From the NCBI RefSeq assembly GCF_006345805.1, contig NC_043001.1, positions 124,682,001 through 124,746,000 on the forward strand: a DNA stretch of 64,000 nt. The letters run 5' to 3'. Position numbers and translations under genes: made by a program. Positions 1 to 12,142 of the stretch are shown one piece after another. The notes under the pieces were generated by a model. The model was not told the origin of the DNA. It worked only from the letters and a program-made list of their open reading frames with translations, and searched no databases. Source of the stretch: Octopus sinensis (taxonomy: Eukaryota). How positions within the stretch are numbered: position 1 is the first letter of the stretch; each line of letters begins with the position of its first letter.

Positions 1-175
1 GTTTGTGTGTCTGTGTTTACGTCCCCGTCACTTAGCGGTTCGGCAAAAGAGACCGATAGAATAAGTACTGCGCTTACAAAGAATAAGTCCCGGGGTCGAT
101 TTGCTCGACTAAAGGCGGCGCTCCAGCATGGCCGCAGTCAAATGACTGAAACAAGTAAAAGAGTAAAAGAGAGAG
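1..175 (+). mobile_element. SINE family A, 3' half (cut by window edge)
   Basis: Matches the 3' part of the full copies at 6837 and 26813 (GTTTACGTCCCCGTCACTTAGCGGTTCGGCAAAAGAGACCGATAG...CTGAAACAAGTAAAAGAGTAAAAGAG). Confidence 0.9.
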
Positions 176-1109
176 TTGTATTTCGATTCCCGGAACGGAC
201 AGTACGTTTTGTTCTTAAGCAAAACACTTCATTCCACGTTGCTCCAATCAACTCAACTGGCAAAAATGAGTAAACCTGCGACTGACCGCTGTCCCATCCA
301 AGTGCGTAATATATACGCCAAAGAAACCGGAAAACCGGTTTTATGAATCTGTATGAGGATCTGTGTCCTTTTTGTATTTTTTTTCGTTTTTATTCAGCTA
401 TTTAAAGGGTATTGTTTAGTCGATTTCATCAACCTCAGTGCTCAACTGGTACTTATTTTATCGACCTCGAAAGGATGAAAGGTAACATGCACGGGATTTG
501 CATCCATATACGCAAATAAATAATAATAATAATAATAATATTTAAAAATGCAAGGCGAAAGATTTAACCATGAACGTTATTATCAATAACACAGGCAATA
601 CTCTCACACAATTTTTTCTTTCATTCGTTCTATTATAAATAATCGTAACTTGTAAATTTGTGGTGGATTTCATAATATTATTGCATAACAAAGAAAAATC
701 AGCGAAATTTAGAACTCGGTTGAGCCTAAAAGAAAATTTCACATCTTTAGACGTTACATTTTGTAGTGTTAGCCATGGATCTTTTGATTTAAATTGTAAA
801 TAATTGAGCATGCCAAGGAGACGTGTAGCTTACCGTTATTGTCAAGCAGAATCAGTGTAATACAATGTGTGGCAAGGCTGTAGCTTTTAGGTACAATCTC
901 TACACAACAGTCTTCCCCACCAAATTCACTCACAAGTCGACTCGAAAATCGTATGTTTTGAGGGTTACTTCTGGCTGCCGATAGTATTCTTTCTTTATTC
1001 TGCACAACGTGGTTTTTTAGACCCAATATCGCAGCATTAGCAGTTTCTCCTGCGTTCAGTAATTTTCTGCCACCTAGGTTAGTAGAGTCGGTCGGTATTA
1101 CTTTTAGGG

Positions 1110-1506
1110 GCGAGCTGGCAGAAACGTTAGCACGCCGGTCGAAATGCTTAGCGGTATTTCGTCTGCCGTTACGTTCTGAGTTCAAATTCCGCCGAGGTCG
1201 ACTTTGCCTTTCATCCTTTCGGGGTCGATAAAGTACCAGTTACGCACTGGGGTCGATGTAATCGACTTAATACCTATGTCTGTCCCCTCTGTGTTTAGCC
1301 CCTTGTGGGTAATAAAGAAATAGGTATTTCGTCTGCCGTTACGTTGTGAGTTTAAATTCCGCCGAGGTCGACTTTGCCTTTCATCCTTTCGGAGTCGATA
1401 AATTAAGTACCAGTTACGCACTGGGTTCGATGTAATCAACTTAATACCTATGTCTGTCCTTGTTTGTCCCCTCTGTATTTAGCCCCTTGTGGGTAATAAA
1501 GAAATA
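1110..1506 (+). mobile_element. SINE family B tandem dimer with 16-bp target-site duplication
   Basis: tRNA-like head (A box TGGCAGAAACGTT, B box GAGTTCAAATTCC) and central GCCTTTCATCCTTTCGGGGTCGATAAA..AGTACCAG (Meta-domain-like). The second unit is headless. GGTATTACTTTTAGGG is repeated at 1094-1109 and 1507-1522. Confidence 0.9.
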
Positions 1507-1760
1507 GGTATTACTTTTAGGGTGGAGTGTGCTGGGCATTCTGAGCAGCTTTCTAGTTCTTTTATCCAAGTTCTTTTCCTCGGCCTTTGTTCATTTCAGG
1601 GAGAGAGCAGAGTATCTCAATAGGAGCATAGCCTATATATTTATGGCTTTAATGATGTTCACGTCATTTAATTTTGTTTTCAGCACCTTCCTAATTCTCT
1701 TTAGCACCTTCCTTATACTCTTTAGTGACTCCATCTCTCATTCTTCCTTCTATTATCCTA

Positions 1761-1985
1761 GGCGGTGAGCTGGCAGAAACGTTAGCATGTCGGGCGAAAT
1801 GCGTAGCCGCATTTCGTCTGCTGTTACGTTGTGAGTTCAAATTCCGCCAAGGTCGACTTTGCCTTTGATCCTTTCGGGGTCGATAAATTAAGTACCGGTT
1901 ACGAACTGGGGTCGATGTAATTGACTTAATCCCTTTGTCTGTCCCCTCTATGTTTAGCCCCTTGTGGGCAATAAAGAAAGAAATA
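1761..1985 (+). mobile_element. SINE family B
   Basis: Full head, central domain and TAGCCCCTTGTGGG..AAAGAAA tail. Confidence 0.9.
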
Positions 1986-3559
1986 TATCCAAACGTTTTG
2001 CAGCACTCCTAGATATCTGTACCTCTCAATATTCCACAGTTATCTAATGATGCCTTGTAGTAATTTTATGCCATCAGAGTTTACCTTCCGGCCTCTCTTC
2101 ATAATCAGTATTGCATACTTATTTATCCCAAGCTGTATTCCAGCATCTTTACTGAATATTTTGTTTGGATCAAAGAGTCTAAGTTTGTCTCATTTATGGT
2201 ATACAACTTGAGGCCATCCTTTGATTTTAGTCTGGTCTTATAAAGTCACTGTAATTTTGAGGAGGCACTACAAGTCGGATGCAAGGACTAAAACCTCTTA
2301 ACTAATTTAGACGCTTTAATTCAATATTATTTCACATTTCAGCACACAATCCAACATTAAATGTTGGGTCTTTTAGATTTATCGTGGTAACTTAATTGTA
2401 GCTAATGATATCACTACATGTACATCGCCTGGTATTATCATTTGAACGTAATTATATCGCTAGTAAATGATGGGATACTTTTTAACCACAGTATACATAC
2501 GTCACAGAACGTTACTTAAATTCTTTTATCCTCAGTGTAAATACTAAATATTTAAAATCGTTTATTCGCAGTGTAAATACGTCGCGTTTCTCAAACAATG
2601 AAAATGAATTTCGAAGACAGAATTCATTTATATAAAATTTACTTAATATTTTGCATGAAAAAAGTAATCAAAATTACTTAAAGTCAGAAAAAAATATATA
2701 CAGTAAAAAGATAGCGCCATTTTAACTGAAAGAAGAAAGAAACATTGTAAACGAACAAATTCTGAACAATGTTTCTTAGTCCGGTCTCTCATGATTTTGA
2801 GATTCATGACGACGCTTTGAATTCTCTCTGCACAATCTATATATTCTTTTCGCAATGCAGAATTTCTACCGTGGCAATATACTTACTGTTCGATAATTAC
2901 TTTATTCTTGATTGTTCCTTTTTCAAGATTTTAGAAAAATTCAAAGAACGGGAAATTTTGGTTTTAAATATCCATTTTTTCTCTCTTTGTTATCGAAATG
3001 CGGCGCATACTTACTCAGCAATTAAAAAGGAATTCGATAATGTTTAGTGATGTATTTACTCAGCGGATAGAATAATATGATGAATTTACAGACGTATTGT
3101 CTCGTGATCTAATCACCTAGTGATGAAACTAACAGATGAAATCATTATTAACCGCTATGTGCTTACCTAAGAAGAATTTACAGTGAACCATTATATGGTT
3201 TTGTGGTTTGACTTAGTATGCAATTTGTCTTTCTACGTATGAGCTCTACTGTTGCTTTCACCTGTAATCAAGCAGTCCTGTATCAGGCTGATAGTTGACT
3301 GAGCGACTATGTGAAACTCCTAGATCAGTTGTTATGCCGTAATTTTGTCAAGCAGAGAACAACCATGTAGTCACCGATGTGCAGCAAATAATCGTAAAGA
3401 AGAAAGCAGGACAGTTCATTTTATTTCTATACGCCTGTAGATTTTACTGGACACAGTGGGAACAGGCAAGGTGGATTCCAGCCGAACGCGACAGGTGCTA
3501 CCCCTCTACACTTATTATGACTCGTGTACATGCCAGTACAATGTTGGAAGCAATTTAGG

Positions 3560-4657
3560 TAATTCACATCACAGTTAATTCGATATGTAAGTGTTTTGTT
3601 TCCCTTGGCAAGGTGGAATGGATAGTGGTTTACGGATAGTGTTGTAATAAAGTAATTTTGTCGTAATTTCACTTTGTATTGAGTGAAGGTTTCAGGAAAG
3701 AGGAATGTGTCTGCTTTCAGCTCTTTTCGTTTCGTGCACCACACAGCCTTTTTCGCTAAGCCAGCAGACAAAGACCACTTGTTCTTCTTGGCCGAAGGAA
3801 AGTGGCAGAACAACAACCTTCACGATGGATCCAGCTCTTAACCGTATCCGTCCTTTATGTGTTTGCAGCTGTCCAACAACTGAAGTAGTCAGCTATGACC
3901 AGGCATTTCACGAGTGCATGCATTACGGTTTCGTTACCTTGAGTGCATCTCAGACAGGTTCTACTAACGGCACACACATCTCCGTAGAGTTTATCGCGAA
4001 TTGGTAATTGCCCCCAGTAGAACAGCCGGGCTTGGTAATTTGGGAAATTAGCTATTTGATCCGGCCCCAAATTCCCTCGGAACAGATCGTCCAGTTAATT
4101 CTCCTCAGCGCCCAGAGATTCTCCGTGAATATTGTGATATTTGTTAGTGAAGCTTCCACTTACCCCAATGCAGACTGGTAGCAGGATGCGAGCAATTGAC
4201 GGCACTTTAGGCACCAGGCACCCTACCTCGGTATATGCTTAATCAGGACTGAATCTCTGTCAAAGAGACAACCAGGGAAAATCGCGTCTAACAATCGCTT
4301 ATTACAGGTGGTTATTACAATCGGCTATTGCCTTAAAAATCACTAAATGTATTACAGCCTTAGCACACGCCTGTGTATCATTATCCATGGCATGCCCAAC
4401 CCCCTACACAGCAGATTCTGACAGCGAATGGAGTGCCTGACCCGTAGTACGTGTCCCTTTCACAAAAAGTGTAAGAGCAGACCCTCCACTCTAGTCAGAC
4501 TCTAACTGGAGCAAGGCACAATTGTCGAGGGTTCGTAATCCCTACCCTACTTTTCAGGGATAGTTTCATCTAGGCCTATTTCTTGGTGAGACTAACCACC
4601 CTACTCGCCACATCGCTCCATATCATCTCACCTGGAGACTTAAACTAAACCAGGCAC
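3560..4657 (-). mobile_element. Tx1/L1-clade LINE ORF2 3' piece (post-RT region and C-terminal zinc knuckle)
   Basis: Translation gives AWFSLSLQV..IWSDVASRVVSLT, LPIRDKLYG..TCLRCTQGNETVMHALVKC (CCHC-type zf-RVT motif) and LAKKAVWC; many stops. Confidence 0.8.
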
Positions 4658-4679
4658 ATGCATCACAACCATATATGCG

Positions 4680-5010
4680 CGACATGGTGATCTCATCTCA
4701 AGACAAACAGCGTATGACCTTGCTGGTTAGAATGTTCTTCAGGTCGAGTAGTCCATCCCGCTCAAAAGGTCCCCGAATAAGGGTTGTTTAAGGATGTAGA
4801 ACGAAACACCCATGTTTCCAGATTTGAAATATTCAAACACAAAAGAATTCCTCTCAATACATGGCTCTATGCTCCCACACTACTTCTGCTCGTGATCAGA
4901 GATACACATATCGTCAGCCAACAAGGGGCATGCTCAACTGGTTATGGTGAAGCAACTGGCAAGTAAATCTGTGCTATTGAGCAGAATATTTGCTGTAACC
5001 CATCTTTCAT
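4680..5010. mobile_element. Interspersed repeat (probable SINE/LINE-tail fragment)
   Basis: Higher-GC block (GATCAGAGATACACATATCGTCAGCC...GAGCAGAATATTTGCTGTAACCCATC) resembling a common octopus repeat from memory; single copy in this window. Confidence 0.4.
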
Positions 5011-5014
5011 ACCT

Positions 5015-5166
5015 ACCAGTGCGTAACTGGTACTTAATTTATCGACCCCGAAAGGATGAAAGGCAAAGTCGATCTCGGCAGAATTAGAACTCGGAACGTA
5101 ACGACAGACGAAATACCGCAAAGCATTTCGCCCGGCGTGCTAACGATTCTGCCAGCTCGCCGCCTT
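5015..5166 (-). mobile_element. SINE family B
   Basis: Reverse complement of the head plus central domain. Confidence 0.85.
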
Positions 5167-5239
5167 TGAAACTTCCAATCAGTTAAGATCAGAAGCCATA
5201 AGATCCAGTGCCTGGCACTGCATCAGGTCATTTATTATT

Positions 5240-5719
5240 ATTATTATTATTATCATTATTATTATTATTATTATTGATGGTTTCTTTTCATTATAACTTT
5301 ATTTCAGCTGCCTTAGTACCGGGCACCCTCTGGAGGCCAAGAATAGCAAGGGCATTTTTGTTTTGCTATGCATGCTAAAATTATCACCACATTTATTCCA
5401 CTATTGTTATTGTTGCTGTTGCTGTTGTTTTTGTGGTTGTTGTTGTTGTTCTTATTATTCTTCTTCTTATTATTATATTATTATTATTATTATCATTATT
5501 ATTATTATTATTATTGATGGTTTCTTTTCATTATAACTTTATTTCAGCTGCCTTAGTACCGGGCACCCTCTGGAGGCCAAGAATAGCAAGGGCATTTTTG
5601 TTTTGCTATGCATGCTAAAATTATCACCACATTTATTCCACTATTGTTATTGTTGCTGTTGCTGTTGTTTTTGTGGTTGTTGTTGTTGTTCTTATTATTC
5701 TTCTTCTTATTATTATTAT
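5240..5719. repeat. 240-bp tandem duplication bounded by (ATT)n/(GTT)n
   Basis: The lines starting 5281/5521, 5341/5581 and 5401/5641 are identical. Confidence 0.9.
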
Positions 5720-5732
5720 TATTACTATTATT

Positions 5733-5783
<51 letters not shown>

Positions 5784-5829
5784 ATTATTATTATTCATGG
5801 TGTGCATGAATGTTTTACTTTCGGTTCAT

Positions 5830-6732
5830 TTTTGGCCAAGGTGTAAGCAAAGTGGTTGGTGCTTGTCGTTGACAGACTAGTGGGTGATGCACAGACTTGC
5901 GGTATCCCCAGCAGAACTATACATAACAACCTCCACGTCATGCGATACACCATAGAGAGGTTTGGTAAAGAACTTGACATGGAGCCCTGATCCATTTGAA
6001 TCAATCGAAAGCTTTTGATAGGGTCGACCATCTATACCTGTAGGCAGTTCACAAGGCGACTTGTTTTAGTCTCGTTTTCAGAGGCTGGATCGCTGCAATG
6101 TACAGCGACATCTGTTCGGTGATCAAAGTAAATGGCCACCTCTCGGAATCGTTTAGCATCTCACGTTCGGTCGGTCAAGGATGCCCATTTTTGCCCCTTC
6201 TCTACGTACTGGCACTCGAGCTATTACTACGGAAGCTGAAGGTTTCGAGTAGCATCCTGCGTGAACTGGCATGCAGAAGTTTAGGCGACGAGCTGGCAGA
6301 ACCGTTAGCACGCCGGGCGAAAAATCATAGCTGTATTTCGTTTGCCGTTATGTTCTGAGTTCAAATTCCGCCGAGGTCGACTTTGATTTTTCATCCTTTC
6401 GGGGTCGATAAATTAAGTACCAGTTACGCACTGGGGTCGATATAATCGACTTAACCTGTCTGTCCTTGTTTGTCCTCTCTGTATTTAGCCCCTTGTGGGT
6501 AGTAAAGAAATAAGAAGTTTAGTGTCAGCGTATACGGACTACGTCGCTGTGATAGTCTCGGCCATCTCGTCAATCAAGATGGTCGGCACTACCCTAAGAG
6601 AATACGAAGCGGTGACAGGAGTAATGATCAATCAGAAGTCAGTGGGCCTGTAGCTCGGCACCTGGAGAGGCAGGCCCATGTCAACCAACAGCGTAGTGGG
6701 GTGGTGGACAGAAGGACCTGTTAAGTTGCTGG
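5830..6732 (+). mobile_element. Tx1/L1-clade LINE reverse-transcriptase fragment (contains a SINE B at 6285-6512)
   Basis: LVGDAQTCGIPSRTIHNNL, LNQSKAFDRVDHLYL, VNGHLSESFSISRSVGQGCPFLPLLYVLALE, VSAYTDY (decayed YADD), LGTWRGRP..EGPVKLL. Confidence 0.85.
6285..6512 (+). mobile_element. SINE family B with 10-bp TSD
   Basis: AGAAGTTTAG at 6275-6284 and 6513-6522; removing the SINE makes the Tx1 RT sequence on either side contiguous. Confidence 0.92.
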
Positions 6733-6836
6733 ATAAGAAATGGGGCGAGGTGATAGACAGCGTGGCCATCATCATCATCATCATCATCATCATCATTATC
6801 ATAATTGTCATGAAGAATCTATAAATAGTGTATATA

Positions 6837-7029
6837 GGCGCATGAGTGGCTGTGTGTTAAGTAGCTTGCTAACCAACCACATGGTTCCGGGTTCAGTTCC
6901 ACTGCGTGGCATCTTGGGGAAATGTCTTCTGCTATAGCCCCGAGCCGACCAATGCCTTGTGAGTGGATTTGGTAGACGGAAACTGAAAGAAGCCTGTCGT
7001 ATATATGTATATATGTGTATATATGTGTA

Positions 7030-7061
<32 letters not shown>

Positions 7062-7257
7062 TGTCCCCCTATCATTGCTTGACAACCGATGCTGGTGTGT
7101 TTACGTCCCCGTCACTTAGCGGTTCGGCAAAAGAGACCGATAGAATAAGTACTGCGCTTACAAAATAATAAATCCCGGGGTCGATTTGCTCGACCAAAGG
7201 CGGTGCTCCAGCATGGCCGCAGTCAAATGACTGAAACAAGTAAAAGAGTAAAAGAGT
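6837..7257 (+). mobile_element. SINE family A, full length
   Basis: tRNA-like head (TGGCTGTGT.., GGTTCAGTTCC), CORE-like TTGGG.AA.TGTCTTC, internal (TA)/(TG) microsatellite, GAGTAAAA tail repeats. Confidence 0.92.
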
Positions 7258-7704
7258 GTTAGAACATTCGTACACAGCATTTTTAAGTTTTCTAAGTTGC
7301 ACCGAAATTCTCTCAATTTAAAAATAAAACAAAAAACCAACTCTGAAGTTGTATAACGCGCAAATCTAGATTCTATTTTGACATGAAGCTAATAATTTGA
7401 CTAAATTATCACTATTAGTAACACTACCTAGTACCACTTCAGCAACTACTACTTCTACTGCTACAAATACCAAATATTATCACTACTACTACTGCTGCTA
7501 CTTCAACCACCATTATGCCTATTGTTGCCGCGTAAACGTGATTTTTCGAGAGGTCTTTAAATTTTCCATTGCCAAAACATGAACGTCTTATTCCCCCTTT
7601 TCTCGTTTCCTTTCCTGACCATTTCATTTCCTAATTTCGTCCTTTTATTTATTATTATTTGCAAGTGTACAAACATCTGTGGAACATAGCCATGGTAATG
7701 ATAT

Positions 7705-7777
7705 TTAACAGTAACTGTAGTAGTAGTAGGAGGAGGAGGAGGAGGAGGAGTGGTGATGGTGCTGGTGGTGGTGGTGT

Positions 7778-7811
<34 letters not shown>

Positions 7812-7812
7812 T

Positions 7813-7862
<50 letters not shown>

Positions 7863-7906
7863 GGTGGTGGTCGTCGTCGTGGTAGTAAGTAGTGGTGGTG
7901 GTAGTG

Positions 7907-7941
<35 letters not shown>

Positions 7942-8059
7942 GGTGGTAGTAGTAGTAATGGTGGTGGTGGTGTTGGTGGCGGTACAGGTAGTAGTAGTGG
8001 TGGTGGTGGTGGTACAGGTAGTAGTAGTAGTAGTGGTGGTGGTGGTGATGGTGGTACAG

Positions 8060-8098
<39 letters not shown>

Positions 8099-8135
8099 AC
8101 AGCAGCAGCAACAGCAATAGTAGTAGTAGTAATTG
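7705..8135. repeat. Compound trinucleotide microsatellite (GTA/GGA/GGT)
   Basis: Directly visible; source of the poly-V/S/G/H ORFs in the track. Confidence 0.95.
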
Positions 8136-8600
8136 TAGTTCAACGTGGTTATTGTTCAGGCAATTGTTGTTGCTGGTGTTGTTTTTGTTGTTATAGTCAT
8201 TGTTTCCTTTCTCCTACTCGAAAAAGTGGTGGTAGGAGGAAGCGGCGGCGGGTGGGGGGGGTGAGGGTCTCTCCTTCATTCAGTGGTATGGCGACAGTCT
8301 TCATTACTGAACTCTATTGAAACCTAAAACAATTAATATGAATACGAGCAAGTAGCTTCGGGAGGAGAGGGAGTGAGGAAGGTATAACAGAATGGTAGAA
8401 TAGCTAGTGTAACGGTAACTAAGTAATCCGTAAACGAATTCCGATGTTATCGCTAACCTTAACTACTTAATGGTGTTGTAAGCACAATATCTCAATATGG
8501 TTTAGCAGAATGAATCCAACCAATTCACTGGATAATTTGAATAGAAGCTATTGTTGCAACACACAAAGAATGCTTCACTAAAGAATACTGCGCGCACCAA

Positions 8601-8651
<51 letters not shown>

Positions 8652-8763
8652 GTACACGCAAGAGCCTTTATAAGCACAGACACACACATATTTATGCACA
8701 TACAAAAACACGTGCAAATACGTATTAGTCACACACACTCACACACACACACACATACACACA

Positions 8764-8794
<31 letters not shown>

Positions 8795-8796
8795 CC

Positions 8797-8930
8797 GGTG
8801 CCCTCCGCAGGAGCCAGCTCGATGCCGCCCGAAGAGCAGCATCAAGTCTAATACACACACAGACACACCCACACATCAGTGTGTGTGTGTGTCTTCAGGC
8901 GGCATCAAGCTGGCTCCTGCGGAGGGCACC
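8797..8930. repeat. 39-bp inverted repeat around a (CA)n/(TG)n spacer
   Basis: GGTGCCCTCCGCAGGAGCCAGCTCGATGCCGCCCGAAGA (8797-8835) versus the reverse complement of 8892-8930; 2 mismatches. Confidence 0.9.
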
Positions 8931-9027
8931 TTTCAGGCCTCCGGATCCACTATCTGGACGCTTCGCGGCCCTCTACCTTTGTGTGATGTAATGGACTCGG
9001 ACACATTCATTGTATATGCATCTCATG

Positions 9028-9425
9028 GCGGCGAACTGGCAGAAACGTTAGCACGCAGGGTGAAATGCTTAGCGGTATTTCGTCTGTCGTTACGTTGTGA
9101 GTTCAAATTCCGCCGAGGTCCACTTTGCCTTTCATCCTCTCGGGGTCGATAAATTAAGTACCAGTTACGTACTGGGGTCGATGTAATCGACTTAATACCT
9201 ATGTCTGTCCTTGTTTGTCCTCTCTGTGTTTAGCCCCTTGTGGGTAGTAAAGGAATAGGTATTTCGTCTGTCTTTACGTTCTGAGTTCAAATTCCGCCGA
9301 GGTCGACTTTGCCTTTCATTCTTTCGGGGTCGATAAGTTAAGTACCAGTTGCGTACTGGAGTCGATCTAATCGACTGGCCCCCTCCCCCAAAAATTTCGG
9401 GCCTTGTGCCTAGTGTAGAAAAGAC
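9028..9425 (+). mobile_element. SINE family B tandem dimer
   Basis: Full unit, then a headless unit joined at GAATA|GGTATTTCG (9257/9258); the second unit has a variant tail. Confidence 0.85.
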
Positions 9426-10185
9426 AGTATATGTATCTTCTGGTATTAATTATCTCGCTTCCTCGCTCTCTCTCATTCTTTCTCTTCCTCTCTTTCACAT
9501 ATGCAAACACTCACACTATCTCTCTCTATTTCTTTCTCTATATCTATCAATGTATGTATCTATCTATCCATCTATTTATCTATCTGTCTATCTATGTATC
9601 TCATTGTGATGAGCCCCTTTTCGTCACTTGCCAATACTCTCATTTCTGTACCCAAGCTATGGTATGTAAACATTTAGTTCCGTCCTCTATCTTGAATGTT
9701 AACCACTTTTTCCTTAGAGTAGTTAAATAATGATTTCTTAGATGGAAATGAAGTCAGCAATGTACAGGGAATGTGGTTTAGTATATTATAATGATTATGT
9801 TTTTAACGGAATCGAGCAAAATTAAGAACATTGCATCATTTTGTTTGAAAACTAAATCCCACAAGACATAACTCGCTAATTTTATACATAATAACGTTTA
9901 TTTTCGTACACAAAACCTCAGTACAGGAGCAAACTGTAAAAGCTATTGCAAAGAGAGATCACTACTAAAGTTTCGGTATTCGGTTAACGTTAAATTATGC
10001 CTTTGGGAGAAATGGACAAACATTCGCAGTATCCATTTCGTAACTTCTAGAAAAAATTAATAGGTTTTTTTGTGTGCTTACACACAAAAGAAACCAATAT
10101 TTATGAACTGCAGACATTACTGAAACTTCCGACAAATATTGTTATGAAATAATTAACTCATTGATTTATGAAATGTATATATATA

Positions 10186-10255
<70 letters not shown>

Positions 10256-10667
10256 TGTGTGTGTGTGTGTGTGTGTGTTTGTGTGTGTGTCTGTGTGTGT
10301 GTGTGTATTACACATTACTATACAAACATATATATATATATATTTATATTAATATATATACATACATACATATATTTATATATATATCTAAATATATATC
10401 CATGTATATATTGTATTATATATATATAATATATATAGATACACACAAATGTATCTATATATATACAGTATATACATATAAGTGTATGTATATATACACA
10501 CACATATATATATATACATATGAACATATATATATTATATATTATATATTACATATATATATATATATATATTAATAAAGTTATCTATCTGTATGTAATC
10601 TGTGATAATGTATATGTTTATACATTCTTCAGTTATATATAAATATATTTATATATATACGCATATT

Positions 10668-10981
10668 GTGGCACTCCGTCTGTTACGACGACGAGGGTTC
10701 CCGTTGATACGATCAACAAAACAGCCTGATCGTGAAATTAACGTGCAAGTTAAGTGCAGACACGTATACCTTTAACGTAGTTCTCGGTGAGATTCAGCGT
10801 GACACAAACTGTTTCAAAGTTGGCCCTTCGAAATACAGGTACAACACATACAGGAAGGAACTGAGGGAATACAGAAGAGTTCGCCACCCTAGCCCCCTCC
10901 CGAAACATTCTGGAGCTTTAGGTCTTTTCGCTCAATAAGCACTCGAATCGGCCGCCCTAACCACTGAGCCATTGCACCTCC
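10668..10981 (-). mobile_element. tRNA-derived SINE family D
   Basis: Homologous to 54303-54688; minus-strand head GGAGGTGCAATGGCTCAGTGGTTAGGGCGG. Confidence 0.8.
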
Positions 10982-11002
10982 AGAAATATTTGTGTGTATA
11001 TA

Positions 11003-11160
11003 CAGTTGCGGCCAAAATGTTCAGAACGGCTTTGGTTTCGTCAGAAAAGTAGGTATAATTTTTTATCGAAGTTGTTTTATATTCTATAATTTTCACAGAC
11101 AATAAATACGATATTATTTGTTATCGTCTGGGATTTTGGTGTAATTTGAGAGGACAATAC
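11003..11160 (+). mobile_element. Tc1-like left terminus
   Basis: TA followed by CAGTTGCGGCCAAAA, typical of a Tc1 TIR start; no partner TIR seen. Confidence 0.35.
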
Positions 11161-11904
11161 AAAAGTTATGGATGATTTAGTGATTTACTGCAAAACTCAG
11201 GTGAAATACTGCTAAGCATTTCGCCTGGCGCGATAACATCTATGCCAGCTCACCAATCTTTACATATACCATCCGATACCTTAGTATTCAAGTATATAAT
11301 ATGTATAAATATTAAACTATTTCTAGATAATTTCTTTTCCTCCCTCTTTTGTGGTAAAAGTTTGGTATATACTCAAAAGTATTCAAAAAAAATTTATCCT
11401 TTTGTTATAATATCCTTAATAATCTTCTGAATAATCCTAAAATTTAACTTTATACAATATGACAATATTCTTTAAAATATTTTACTATAGTACCACATTT
11501 CATTATCAATGGTCTACTACTGTTTCATTATCAATAATCTACTATTGGCTTGCCAATTTAAGTGTCAGCTAACATCTTGATTTAAGATTTCCTTTAGCAA
11601 AGCTCATTATATTGCTTCAAAGAAATATTGATAGCTTTTATGACTATACCTACTATAATTTCTGTCGACTCCCTCAGCCCCCTTCCTAGCAGGCTCTACT
11701 CCTTATTCTTTTGGCCTTAGATATACAAAGATTTGATAAACTAGTCTATAAAGTAAAACTGACCCCATTAAAGAGTGACAAGCAAAATCTGCAACAAGTC
11801 TTTCTTCATGATACTTTAGTAGCTTCTCAGCTGAAGTGAAGACAGTATGTTCTTTGTCTATTTCCTTACCTTTTTGGAGATTTTAGGTAAAATTATCCTA
11901 ATGG

Positions 11905-12069
11905 GTCCATCTGTTTTAATTTAATTTAATTTAATTCTATGTCTTTCTGCTGCCGAGGATTGTTCTGGATTTAAACTGATGTAATGATTGCATTGTTCAA
12001 TTAAATGGAGTTGCTTGTGAAAACGATCGTACTGCATTACCTCTGGATATCCTTTTTCCTTATTTTGAT
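11905..12069 (+). mobile_element. Half copy of the foldback element at 41592-41903, with a degenerate hammerhead motif
   Basis: Shares GTCCATCTGTT, TAATGATTGCATTGTTCAATTAAATGGAG and AAACGATCGTACTGCATTACCTC with the right arm of the foldback. Confidence 0.75.
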
Positions 12070-12086
12070 ATATAAATATGTATTAT

Positions 12087-12142
<56 letters not shown>

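Larger units (their letters stand above)
930..2222 (-). mobile_element. Decayed non-LTR retrotransposon RT fragment (R4/Dong-like), interrupted by two SINE B insertions
   Basis: Minus-strand translation across frameshifts gives DGLKLYTINETNLDSLIQT..IFSKDAGIQLGINKYAILIMKRGRKVNSDGI..YRYLGVL, then RKVLKTKLNDVNIIKAIN..LDKRTRKLLRMPSTLHPKSNTDRLY..GGRKL. These match the DDLKLY and KSDVDRLYLPRKEGGRGL motifs of this RT group. Confidence 0.65.

Noticed and set aside
7-273. Recurrent short ORFs such as SPSLSGSAKETDRIST.. and MVPGSVPLRG..
   Set aside because: Chance frames in SINE A/B consensus sequence, repeated wherever the SINE occurs.
2470-3160. Possible piggyBac/MITE starting TTAACC with inverted GTAAATAC motifs
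   Set aside because: No matching terminal inverted repeat or second TTAA end found.
7557-8320. Long poly-Val/Gly/Ser/His/Leu/Thr ORFs
   Set aside because: Stop-free reading of trinucleotide microsatellites on both strands; no splice or codon evidence.
11240-11750. Possible further Penelope remnants (also ~25500-25660 and ~29050-29500)
   Set aside because: Only isolated motif-like words (WYNPP, MWYY) are recognisable; boundaries cannot be supported.
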